From Lama glama (taxonomy: Eukaryota): a stretch of 64,000 bases of DNA. The translations under genes were made by a program, and so were the position numbers. Of this stretch, positions 40,461 through 52,072 are shown one piece after another (position 1 is the first letter of the stretch; each line of letters opens with the position of its first letter). The stretch spans positions 71,612,001 to 71,676,000 of the forward strand of contig CM052816.1 of assembly GCA_028534125.1 (NCBI GenBank). The letters run 5' to 3'. Under the pieces are notes generated by a model that was not told the DNA's origin, did not search any database, and saw only the letters and a list, made by a program, of their open reading frames with translations.

Positions 40461-41094
40461 TTCGGAGTTGGGGGAGAAGAAGGGCAGGGGGACAAGTTGC
40501 GGGTGCTGATGGGCAGGCGAAGGCAGGAAAGACACGGTGACTAGTCTGGGAATTGCTGAGAAAACTCCCCTCTCTCGGCCGGTTCTTCCTGCGCAAATAA
40601 AGCCGCATTTCTCAATCGGCTGACAGCCGCCACTGGTAAATAATGGTCATACCTCACCGGCCAGGCAGAAAGCCTCTCTTTTACCGAGGGCTTATACTTG
40701 AAGTATGGGTCATTTCAACAGTCCTAAGCAGGAGACTTTGGTATAAAGCACTCTAAGAAAATAAAATAGTGCATCAGGATCTAGGCCCATTTTAAGGAGG
40801 ACCCTCTTCCTCTTTTAGGTGGGGTGGAGGGCAGGGCAAGAAAAGAGACAAGAAGAAAGGTGGGGAAAGGGACAGAGGATCAGCATCTCATCTTCAAAAA
40901 AAACAGTAACATCACAGCTGAGTGCTAAAGGTTTCCAACCAGTTTTGATCCAACTATAGAAATGCAAACTTGCAAGCTGAACCTATTTGCAATAAAACAT
41001 CCCACCTATTGTATGTCAGTTTACCCCGATTCACATGCAGTCCTTAATTTCAGACATTTTAATGGCTTACTTGTAAACATATAAAAGAGGGACC

Positions 41095-42252
41095 CTGAAT
41101 CATTGCGTTTATTTATTTATCTATGCCAAACGTTTATTAGTGAAATAGTCCTGAAGATATAATTCTACATATGGCGCTTTGATTTCACATAATATTTAAG
41201 AAAAAAAAAGACAAAAAACACATAGAATTAGACATATAATTCAAAGACCACGGTACAACCTTTATCTTTTTCTTTTTTTACTTCAGCAAACAAAAAATAA
41301 TGTCAAATGACATGAAAAGTGGCAAGTCTTCCGACAATAAATAATAAATTACTTTATAATTTTTGCAATGCAAGAGCAAACAAAAAAAAAGTTTCCTTTT
41401 TTTCCTCTTTATTTCCAGAGAGAGAGAAAACAGTCATTTTAACCAATAACTATACACATCTTTGGGGGAAAAGTTCTTGGACAGACACAAGTCAAACACA
41501 ATCCCGAGACGCTTGTGGCAAAATAGAGGTAACCTTGTTGCAATGCTTTATAAGTTGGTTTTTAAATCTGAATTCAAAAACCTTTAAAGTCGCTTCAGAC
41601 TTCTTGATAGAGGATGGATCTCAAAAAAAAAAAAAAAAGGTGGGGGGAGGGCAAAAGGAAAAAAGAAACCAGCTACAGGACAAGCTAGAGACCCAGGATT
41701 TCAATTAACCCTTTGTTAAAGTCAACTAAAAACATCGCAAACCAACGCAGCTCCACCTTCCTGAAAGGACTCTTTCAGCCTAGGAGGCCAGTTTCTCTTC
41801 CTGCTCATTTGCTGGAGCTCCTGTTTGGCAAGGCAATGACCAATATAGAAACAGCACCATTCAGAATAGGATGGACTAGAAAATCTCTATTTCTGCTTTT
41901 CTCTAGATGTGCAGTGAAATGAAAACGCTTTTTTTTGAGATCCTTGAATATAAATCCTCTACGTTTTAAAAACGTCTTTTTTTTTTTCAGTACTCCTAAG
42001 GTCATTGGATAGCATATGTTGGGTTTGGGTTTTGTCTGTTGTTTTAATTCTAGTAAAATCCCATGATTGTCTTCACAGTGTTGCTACCATATCACCTTGT
42101 CATTAAAACAGACTTCGTGCATTTCATGGAGCATTCATTTCTCGATTCAGTTTTCATTGACTGGGTCGTTAAATACTTTTGTTTCAGAGTTCAACATTAT
42201 AATTTCCCACTTTCTCCAACAGGGAAAAAAAATACATCTGAATGAATGTTCC
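41095..42252 (-). other. ISL1: ISL1 3'UTR (3' end approximate)
   Basis: AU/U-rich sequence running from the stop codon to clustered AATAAA signals at 41108-41138. Confidence 0.85.
41108..41138 (-). terminator. ISL1 polyadenylation signals
   Basis: Plus-strand tttatt (= AATAAA on minus) at 41133-41138, 41112-41117 and 41108-41113, followed on the transcript strand by a U-rich element (ctcttttatatgttt). Confidence 0.8.
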
Positions 42253-42369
42253 TCATGCCTCAATAGGACTGGCTACCATGCTGTTAGGTGTGTCTGGGAG
42301 CTGAGAGGACATCGACGCCACTTCACTGCCAGTGGAATTAGAGCCCGGTCCTCCTTCTGAAAAATTGAC
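42253..42369 (-). CDS. ISL1: ISL1 exon 6 coding part, stop TGA at 42255-42253
   Basis: Acceptor atgcag|GTCAAT; encodes [38 protein letters not shown]. Not present in the ORF track; translated by hand. Confidence 0.98.
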   Translation of the reverse strand, partial: VNFSEGGPGSNSTGSEVASMSSQLPDTPNSMVASPIEA

Positions 42370-45300
42370 CTGCATAGAAGGTTGAGAAATGAATAAAGGA
42401 GAGTGTGATCGTATTCACAAAAGGATTATAAAATCGTCCTGTGTATGTTTGTGTGTGTGTGTACCTACAAGTGTCCTTCTGTGTAGATTAATAAGATAGA
42501 TATACAGATAGGGATATCCACATGTATTTTTGAATTTTAAGAGGCTTAAAGAAAGCCTACAAGGAAAAGAACACGAGAAGAAATCCTCTCGCTTTCCCAT
42601 CTTCCAAGAGAGCTCTGTTTTAACTGAAACTGAATTCCCAACATTATGTTGCATTAAATTATTTAGGAACAAATGTGTTTTTCACTGTAAAATGGCATCA
42701 CAACTCTACCATGCATGCTCGAAATAAAATTATCCTGCCGGCTACATGTTGCCCTGGGAGCAGGCGAGTTCTCAGTCTCTAGGCATCAAAGCCTCTCTTC
42801 TTGAGTTGGAAAATCCATAACACGACGCTCAGATCGTGTGACGGGAGATTCAGAGGAGGCTCCACAGAACAATGATTAACTCCTCAGAGGGTTCACAGCG
42901 TGGGCTTTCTTCCTTGTTGTTGGTCCTGCTGCCTTTGGCCTCTCCTCTCTCTGTCTCTGTCTCTCTCTCTTTAAATCAGGCTCTTCCTTCCGAGAGGAGA
43001 CCCATATATTATAACGTCATCCACATTATAAATATCTGGCTCCTTCTTTTAAGGCGAAAGTATTGTGTTGCTGTTGTAAACCTCCTTCTCCACCGGGCTT
43101 CTACCCCTCCCTTTGGCTTCCTTTCCTCTGCCCTCAGCTGACAGGAAAGTTTCAGAAGGTGTAAACAATTGGCTGCCCGAGAACCCTCCCCTTACCTGCC
43201 TTCTATCAGCCAAATAACTCATAAGATTAACCTGGCTTTAAAAGTAAGTTGTTTTTCCTAATTCCAGGGTCTACCTTCCTTTCTGCCCTTTAAAAGTTTC
43301 CCATTGGGAGGTCAAGGGACTCCTCAAATCTGCCTCACCTCTAGACTGGCCCACATACAAACATACATCTGGGCCAAGCCCCTTTTAACCACTACCTCTG
43401 GCCCATTACCCAACTGTTGCCACAAAGAAAGAAAATGCCCTCCAGGTAAATGTGGGGGGTCAAAAAGCTAACCTCATCTCCAGCTTTATTTTCAAAGAAC
43501 GGAACAAGTTTTTAGGATAGATCTTGTTTTATAGAGTAAGATTCTATAGGGCTGTTTTATTGTTTAAGAAAAAATCCACATGTGTACATATACCGTATCA
43601 CCAAGGACATACACTTAATAATCTTAGTTATCTTCACCCTTAAGCCTTTTGTAGGTGAGAGGTGAGTTGATTTTCTCTTCTCTGGATGTGTAAAACATAT
43701 TATTGCTAAAACAGGTTTTCACATTATTATCTCTTATTGGTAGAACTCCTTTCGCTATTTATGCCTCACAGTGTAGGACTGTGTGTGACACGTGAACTCA
43801 TATGCTAAAAACTCTTTAAGCAGTCCTACATTTAGATGAAGATATAGTCCCAGAAAGGGATAGAGTAGCAAAAAGTATCACTCATACCTTTAGACAACTG
43901 AACTCTTAGTTGATGTATTTGAAAACTTGCACCCAGACAGGTGCCTGCTGACCACTGATAATAACATTGATTATGTTCTACAACATTGCTTATTATTATA
44001 ATCACCTGGATTTAGGTCCCTAAATACACCGTTCTCTGGGAGCTGAGGAGGGAGTACATTTATTAGTTGCTGATTAAAATGCCAAGGTGATCTCTAAAGT
44101 CCCTTCTGACTCTAAAGGTCTAAGATGATTCTCTAACTCTGTACACCTTCCCAGGTATATCTATGTAGTTAGGCACCCTGAAGTTAATCCCTCAAAGCAG
44201 GTCTGATTGATAGAAAATTCAATTTCGATGGTCAAATTACGACCTCTCACAGACAAGACTCGTAAGGTTTGTTTTCCTTGCATGCTGGCATGCAAGGAGG
44301 TGTGTGTCCGCCACACCTCCTCCATCTCCTCTCCCCAACCCTGGGGCCAGGGAGGCTCCCTCCTCCCCCAATCTTTCATTGTGTGACAGTTAAACCAGAA
44401 TCTCCTTTCTTTGGAGATCCAGCCTCCCCATGCTGGGAGCTGACACTTACCAGTTGCTGAAAAGCCGGCTGATCTATGTCACTCTGCAAGGCGAAGTCAC
44501 TCAGTACTTTCCAAGGCGGCTGGTAACTTTGCACCTCCACTGGGTTTGCCTGTAAGCCACCGTCGTGTCTCTCTGGACTGGTAGCCACCATGGGAGTTCC
44601 TGTCATCCCCTGGATATTCTGTGAATAGTCCCCCCCAGTCCCAACATGTTAATGAGCAAACTCCCTCCCTCCATTGTCTGCAGGCTAAGCAAATATACCC
44701 TGGTATTATCTTATCTATATAGTGGCCTTTATTGACTCAGTTAATCTGCTGCACGCATGGATATTAGCCAGGGTTCAGTTTTGTTTTATTATGCTTTGTT
44801 TTTCTGCTTCCGTGGGCTGGACCACTAGGTCTGCCTGGACCTTATAAAGTGAAATTCTATTTTGACTTCCTTCCTTCCCCTTACATTCACCCTTCATCCC
44901 AATTTCTCCTGTCTGCCTTCCCAGGCCATAGCATCTCAGCAGAAAGCTGAGGCAGGCGAGGCCTCCCTTCAGCCTCTAGACATGGTGGTTTTCTGACTAA
45001 TTTCAGTTAGATTTTTGGTTAGATTTTCTGCAGGCAATTCTCCCAGAGCCAACCCCCACTCCCAAGCATTTGGGTCTGGCGGCTATTGTGTTATTATGCA
45101 CTAACTAACTTAGAAAGTGCCCAGGCCCAGGCTTGGCCGGTCTGCCAAATTTAATGACAGTGGGTTTTATGGCATTTAAAAATAGGGCTGAAGCAGTAAA
45201 AAGGAAAAAAAAAAAAGAAAGAAAGAAACTCTTTAGCTTAAGTAACCAGGAGGCCTGCGGGGTGGGTGCTGCCCTGGGCCAGGGATGACACTGGGCAACA

Positions 45301-48300
45301 GAGCTGGGGACCTGAGGTCTCTGGAGGCCTGAGCTTGACCCGGAGCAGAGGAGCCCTGTTTCCACGGGTCACCTTGGGGGACCTCGCAGCTTGGGAGCTC
45401 TGCAGCTGGCCTCACACCCTGGACTTTCCCCCACCGTGACCCACCCACTGAACCCTGGATTAGATAGGAAGCCAAGGAGCTGGCCCTCCCTCCCCTGACG
45501 TGCCCAAGGAACGGATAGCTTGAACTTTGGCAAAACCAGGACCAAGGCCTCGCTGCCCACGGAGGGGGCAACCGTGTGGGCCCTTTCAAATCCGAGGAGG
45601 GGCGAAGTTGAAGGGCACGAGCCCACCCACGCGGGCTGGGGGCGGGTCAGCAGCTCCATCCCGCAGGAGGGGCCTCCCGGGGCAGCCCGCCGCTGCTGGT
45701 GGGCCGGCGGGCCTCTCCCCGGGGCAGGGGTGGGGATGAGGGGCCGCCAGTCCCGGCTCCTGCCCCAGAGCCGGAGGAAACGGCGCCCGGCCCACCTGGG
45801 CCGCCGGCGCACACGCCTCCTCTGCTTCCCTCTCTCGCCCCCTGCCAGGGCCCCAGGGCCACTCACTGTTTTGTCATTGGGCTGCTGCTGCTGGAGCTGC
45901 TTCATCATGATGCTCCGCTTCTTGTCCTTGCACCGCTTGTTCTGAAACCAGACCCGGATCACGCGGGGGCTGAGGCCGGTCATCTCCACCAGTTGCTCCT
46001 TCATGAGCGCGTCGGGCCGAGGGTTGGCGGCGTAGCAGGTCCGCAAGGTGTGGAGCTGCTTCTCGTTCAGCACAGTCCGCACGCGGGTGGTCTTCTCCGG
46101 CTGCTTGTGGACGTGGGGCCGCAGGGCCGGCTGCCGGGCGGAGATGGGCTCGGCTGCGGGGCAAGGGGCGCGGTGAGCGGGAGCCGGGCCGCCCGCCCGC
46201 CCGCCCGCGCCGCGACAATGGCCGGTGCTTTGCAGCCTCGACAGACAAAGCAGGGCTGGCAGAGCTGGGGGTGAGGGACGCGAAAGGGAATAAAACCTCG
46301 CTCTCTAATCTCAGAGGTCAATGCTGAGTAATCCGGACCCGGAAAGCAAGCAGCCTCCGCCCCTGCTCGTGTCAACACGACAGCGTTAGCAAAGGGGCGC
46401 AGGTCTCAGGGTCTGTCACCTTGCTCGCACCAGGGGCGGCATCTTTCAGCCTTGTTTCTCCTCCCTCCTCGTCTTTCCTCGCGCCAGGTTACACCAAGTA
46501 CCCCTACCACAAACCTCCAGACCCTTGAGTGAAGGTCACAGGCGGTACTGGGGAAGGAAACGCAGAACATCCCAGGGACAGCCAAGGACACTACCCCGGC
46601 CTCTGCCGGGATGTCTGCAGTAAGAAGGCCCAGAAGAATTCTGTCAGAGAGCCTTGAACTTCAGTCCCCAAAGAACAGTTACGTCAAGGGGGTAAAGAAA
46701 TTCGGTATTTCGGTCATCTCTCCAGTCCTCGATCTTTCTCAGTCTACCTGGATCTACTAAATCTACCTGGATGTTCCTGAGATGAGCTGATCCCAAGCAA
46801 AGGAAAACCGAAACTCTGTGGAGCTGCCTGGCCTTTAGATAAACGTCAGCTGCGGAGTCCTGGCTGCTGACTCCATCCCAGTACTTTGGCCTCTTCTGTG
46901 TTTCCCCACAAGCAGAGCACAGGTTGTACGTAACAGAAGTTGCCACCTCTGACTTTGCCCGCCTGCAAGCCAAGTCATAAATGCCCCAGGACAGAATTCT
47001 TAGAGCTGCCAGAAAACAAGGGGAAGAGCTGTAGTTTTCTCACTGCTAGGGTTTAGTGCGAATTGATAGTTTAAAAACACACGGTGTTGGGTGGGATGGT
47101 GGGGGAGGAGGGGCAGATCTATTCATGGCCGGAAGGCAGGTTTGGAAACATTGTCTGCCTTCTTACCCGTGGCCCCCTCCTGACCAACCTTGCTTTATAT
47201 CTACTCTCCTTCCTGGCGCAAGGGCCCTCGGATGTGTATGTTACAAATCCTGCACCTTCCAGGACCTCTAGGGTCAGGTCAACACCTATGGGGTCAATTT
47301 AGTGTCACAGCTACAGGCCCAAAGATGAAATTCTCACCAAATTACGTAGAATGAACTGTTTAAAGAGGCAGGCTCCCTTTAAAAGGCAATTACTGCAGAT
47401 TAGCTTGTTGACAGTTTTAAATTACAGCTCTGTGCAATGGCCTGCAATTATTAAAACTATCTTTTCAGGTCCATTCTCTCTCAAAGGGATAAAAATAAAT
47501 TTTAAAAATGTTTTGGAGTGTGGGGCAGTCCGCAAGGCAAAAAGCCTTAATGAGAGGCTAAGTAACTTGAGGCTATCTAAGCTTCCTTCATTGGGTTAAA
47601 AGGAGGAAGCTCCAAGGGCCCAGAGCTCCACCCCTTTAATTAGGCGGCGGCGGAGAGAATACCTGGCGGGGAGCTGAAGCCCGTTTTCAGTAATCCGCGG
47701 TTTGGAGGCCAAGGTGAACTGGAAGTACTGTTTGGGCGTGTGCACACATGTGTGCACAAGTGGTGTACATTCATGGGCACCCATGTATATAGACAGACGC
47801 ACAGGCGTGTAAGGTGTGCTGGGGGAGTCAAGGGAGGAAGTGGGTGCGCTGAACCTGGGGCAAAAGGGTGAAGTGTGGTGCGAACCGCACCCAGAACCCT
47901 TCATTTCACTGCCGGCCGCAGCGACCGCCCTGTGGCTCCCAGGATTGCCGCGGCCGCCGGGGCGCTGGCAGGGGCGGCGCTGGCCTCTCCTGGCGCCTGC
48001 CTCCCCGAGAGGGCCTCCCTCTGCGCCGAGGAGTACCTGCCATTTGCAGCGGCCGCGCGGGGTGCAGGGGGCTGAGCGGGTCCCCGGCGCCCAGGCTGGC
48101 CCTCTCCACCACGTCGTGGTCTGCGCGGCAGAAGAGCCCGTCCTCCCGCAGCGCGAACTCGTCCCCGGGGATGAGCTGGCGGCTGCAGGCCACGCAGCGG
48201 AAACACTCGATGTGGTACACCTTGGAGCGGGCGCGCATCACGAAGTCGTTCTTGCTGAAGCCGATGCTGCATTTGGCGCATTTGATTCCGTACAACCTGC

Positions 48301-51300
48301 GCGGGGGGAGGCGGGCCCCGGGGGGGAGAGAAGCAGAGGGGGGGTTCACTTCAGGCCAATACTGCCCCCGTTTCAAGGTCGCCAGCGACCCCGGCCACAA
48401 CGCCCTTAGACACTGAAATCTGCATTAGCAGACAAGCTGGGAGTGGGAGGGTAGAAATGATTAGATTTCCTCTTTCCCCGCTCCCTCTCCCTTTCCTGTG
48501 ATCCTGTGTCTCTGTCCGTACATCTCGGCTGAGAAAGCCCAGTCCAAACCAAAGAAAAATGCTTGATGTATTGGAAGCTTGGGCTGCTGCTCTAACGACC
48601 ATTCCCAGGGTGGCCCTTGCCGCTCTTGGCAGGAAGGCGTCCAAGGGGACTCCGGGAGCCACTGGCCTTACATTTTCGCCTCCCTATCCCCTAACTTCTG
48701 CTGCTAGAAATGTCTCTAAAGCTGCTATAAAAAATCCTCCTTCCAAAAGAAAATGAGGTTGGGGATGAGATTGTCACCCCACTCAGTCTGCAAACACACA
48801 CAAATGCACAGGCAGAATAGCAAAATGAAACCTCTGAGGGTTTCCAGAGCCCTTTCTGCACAACAAGCCTATAGCAGTTTTTCCCCAACTACAGATTCTT
48901 CCTCAGGCAACAGAACTAACAGAAAGTTTCCTCTCCATTCTTCCTTTTATTATTAAAAAAATCTGCTTCTGTTCCTTCAATCTTTTTCAAGTTGCTGAAG
49001 CCTCTACCTCTATTTCAGTTTGTTTGAGAACCCTGACCAGCCAGAAAAATGAAAAGACCCACTTCTAAGGCCTTCCTCCCTGCTGACTTTTCCTTAGCAA
49101 GAGACAATTCTTGTAGGTTTCATCTGGGCAGCTCTGCCCTGGACCCCTCTCCACATTATCAGTAATAAGAGAATGGGGTGGGGGGCACTCCTACAAAGAG
49201 AGAGAATGGAGGAGAGGAAAAGATCCACACAAAGAGGGGTAAGGGGGGGTACCTCGCTCCCCCAGGGGGAGAAAGGCATTCGGAAATCTAAATGGTCTCT
49301 CTGTTCTGCTTTTACAACTACAGGATTTCAAAGAGACATACACACTTGCACACACCCTCACACACAGAGTTGAAAGAGTGGAGAGGAAAAGGTAAAAGCA
49401 ATCGGCTTCTTCCACAAACATGTGTCCAGAATTAGGCACATGCAGGTCTGAATACAACTGGGCAAAACACTATCTCCATAGGAGTAAAGACACTTCTGGA
49501 GTTGCCAAGTGAGCTCTCCCTCTCCAGAATCTCGAGTTCACACACCAATCAAGTAAACAAAGAAAACGGCTCATTTGTCAGAGGTTAGAAGGTAGATTCA
49601 AAAGTTTTCCCTCCCTCCGCCTACTCTGTGTGAGATCTTCCATTCCATAGGATGAGGGCTTTTACCTTGCGGTGACCAAACAATTTGGAAAATCCCTCCC
49701 CCTTCCTCCAGTACCCGACTTCCCCTCTTTCCTCCCACTCCTCCCCATCAAACTATTAATAAACTTTGTTTCCCCTGCACTGTTCAGCTTTATGTATCAA
49801 AATTATACTCGCCACTTTATTGCTTTAAAATAAGGAAAAAATACTGACACCAAGTGAGCAGGAAAAAAATGTAACTGCAAAAACTGTAAATCCTGACTAA
49901 ACTTAAATGTAAGTTTTCAGCTCCATAAATGCTATGACTTACAAACCTAATTACTTGTTAATAGCCACTGCAGAATTTATTTTAAATACAATATTTAGAT
50001 AGCATTTAACAGAATAACCAAGGTGTTATCTCCTGTTTTGTTATTAAAACAATATTTTCTTTAGAAATTCTACCAACTTCCTAAAGCAGAAAATGAAGTT
50101 TCTGACATATGTATACACAGGTCAGAGAAAATTTGAGATTGGCAAAGCCTGAAGTTTAGACGCATAATTAACTGAAAGGGAAAAAAATTCAGAAAGTTCA
50201 TTATGTGGTTTTATTCTTGTCAGTATGGGCAATTCGCTCATTTTATCAGTTACCAGATTTTAATGTGAGAAAGGAAGCTGTTCAATTATCTAAATATACC
50301 AATTGTTCGTAGACAGATGATGGGCAATTTGATCTGCTCTAATTCATCAGCTCAGATAAGATAAGAAAGAAAAGACAGTCAGATGTCACCAAAGGGTTAA
50401 TATTTAAAAAGATTAAATTTCCGGTCTTTTTTGCAGAGAATATTTGGATTGGTTTTGAAATTTTTCAGGAAGGCACCCATACCCTAAAAATAAAAGAGCA
50501 ATATATCTATTTGCTCTTTCAAAGTACATCTCAAAAACATGTTTCGGTCAAACTTTTATTTTGTCTATTGCATTGACATCTCCAAAGAATCTGGAAGTTA
50601 CTAATAAAATATTGAATTAAAATATATAAAAAAGAAAAAACACTGCATGATACAATAAAAACCAAGCAACTTTTTTTTTTAGAAACCCCAACTTATTCAT
50701 CATGAATTTTTTGTTTGTTTTGGAAGGGGGGTAACAGAGGAAAATAATTTGAGCATCACAAATTCCACGAGCAATTAAACAAGCTTCAATATCGCATAAT
50801 TTATGAAAACCACTATCCAGTTTCACGGGGGTTTTTCCCCCTAAAAAGTGAAATGAACAGCATAGTGTAATTTATATATTACACTTACAGGGTAACTTTT
50901 GCACGCTGGACCCCATTAAGGGAAACTTCGAGAAAGGACAAAGCCAAACCAAATAATAAATAAGGAGTGGGGAGAGGCAAGGAAATCTCACAAAATTAAA
51001 GAAGCAGTATAAATAGCATACCTGATATAATCTCTTTTACAGTAGGTTTTCCCATCTCTAACAAAGCACGTACAGCTCTCGTCCAAATACTGATTACACT
51101 CCGCACATTTCAAACATGCCGCATGCCATTCCAAATCCGGAGAAACCCTCAGAATATACTGATCGTGAATTTGATTGCCGCAACCAACACACAGGGAAAT
51201 CAGACGTTTTTCTGAAATGAAAATAAATACATGATTGACTAACCGTTTACTTCCTACAGAGATAAACACACTTTTAGTGTCGTTCTCTTATAGGGCGTAC

Positions 51301-52072
51301 TCTGGGAGTTTTTCTTTTCTTTTTCTGTCTTTTTTTTTTTTTTGAGTATTGCACTTTGGGATGGTAATTGAAGTGTGCCATCAAAACCTTGACTCATTTT
51401 AAAAAGGAGGTGGAATATATGTAAAATGCAGATTTGAATAGTCTGCATTTGTAAGCCTAGCACGCAATCAAACCCGTTCATTTTGTGTTTCTTTTTGCTC
51501 CCTCCTCCCTCTTTGCCATAATCATTGGGAAAGATTATGGATAAGTCAAGTCAAAGAAAAGGTTTTGACTAGAAGCGTTAAGTGAACGCAGGGATGTCTG
51601 TATTTTCCATGAAGCACGCTCTTAAATAGCACATAGGACTGGATATTGTTAGCAAGAGCAGGCATCAATACAGTTGTCACTCGTTCTCTTTTGCAAGTCT
51701 AATGCTAATTCACATCTCCGGGTATTGTACGTGCAGGCAGACCTTTGCAACAGAATAACCTTCTCGGAGAGCTCAGGATTCCAAAGGAGGAAACCACCGC
51801 TTAGCACCAGAAGGCTAGGGTTCTGGAGGGCACACAGGCGAATTCAAACACAAGGTACGATCAGTTCCCCGAAGATCAGAACCAACAGCAAGCATGCAGG
51901 CGTGGCGGCAACAAGAAAAAGCCACCTTCTCTCTCTCTCTCCAAGCAATGACTCCAATTCCGAAGAGCCCTTGGCACCCGTGCCTGAGAGAGACCCCACA
52001 CAAGAACAGCACACCGAGCCCCACAAGGTAAAACAGCCTCTTACTTTTTGGTGGATCTCCCATGTCTCCCAT
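42253..52072 (-). CDS. ISL1: ISL1, insulin gene enhancer protein ISL-1 (LIM1-LIM2-homeodomain-LBD), joined CDS of 6 exons, 349 aa
   Basis: Exon lengths 28+190+260+287+168+117 = 1050 nt, phases consistent, all GT-AG. Translation [23 protein letters not shown]...[11 protein letters not shown]...[11 protein letters not shown] matches the ISL1 sequence as I recall it. Confidence 0.99.
44451..44618 (-). CDS. ISL1: ISL1 exon 5 (Lhx3/4-binding domain region)
   Basis: Acceptor ttcacag|AATATC; encodes [56 protein letters not shown]; donor CTG|gtaagt. Confidence 0.99.
45550..46500. promoter_or_regulatory. Intragenic CpG island over exon 4
   Basis: Visibly high GC and CpG density spanning exon 4 and flanking introns. 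Confidence 0.75.
45867..46153 (-). CDS. ISL1: ISL1 exon 4 (homeodomain)
   Basis: Acceptor ccccgcag|CCGAG; encodes EPISARQP...[60 protein letters not shown]...PNDKT; donor ACA|gtgagt. Confidence 0.99.
47640..48420. promoter_or_regulatory. Intragenic CpG island over exon 3
   Basis: Visibly high GC and CpG density spanning exon 3 and flanking intron. Confidence 0.75.
48037..48296 (-). CDS. ISL1: ISL1 exon 3 (LIM domain 2)
   Basis: Acceptor cgcag|GTTGTAC; encodes [63 protein letters not shown]...PLQMA; donor GCAG|gtactc. Confidence 0.99.
51022..51211 (-). CDS. ISL1: ISL1 exon 2 (LIM domain 1)
   Basis: Acceptor tttcag|AAAAACGT; encodes [63 protein letters not shown]; donor AG|gtatgc. Confidence 0.99.
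52045..52072 (-). CDS. ISL1: ISL1 coding exon 1 (MGDMGDPPK, phase-1 end)
   Basis: ATG at 52072-52070 in context gatATGG; donor AAA A|gtaaga at 52044. Confidence 0.98.

Noticed and set aside
45699..46274. 191 aa plus-strand ORF antisense to exon 4
   Set aside because: Shadow of a GC-rich coding exon inside a CpG island; no recognisable domain.
47816..48416. 197 aa and 182 aa plus-strand ORFs antisense to exon 3
   Set aside because: Same shadow effect; low-complexity Ala/Arg/Pro/Gly composition.
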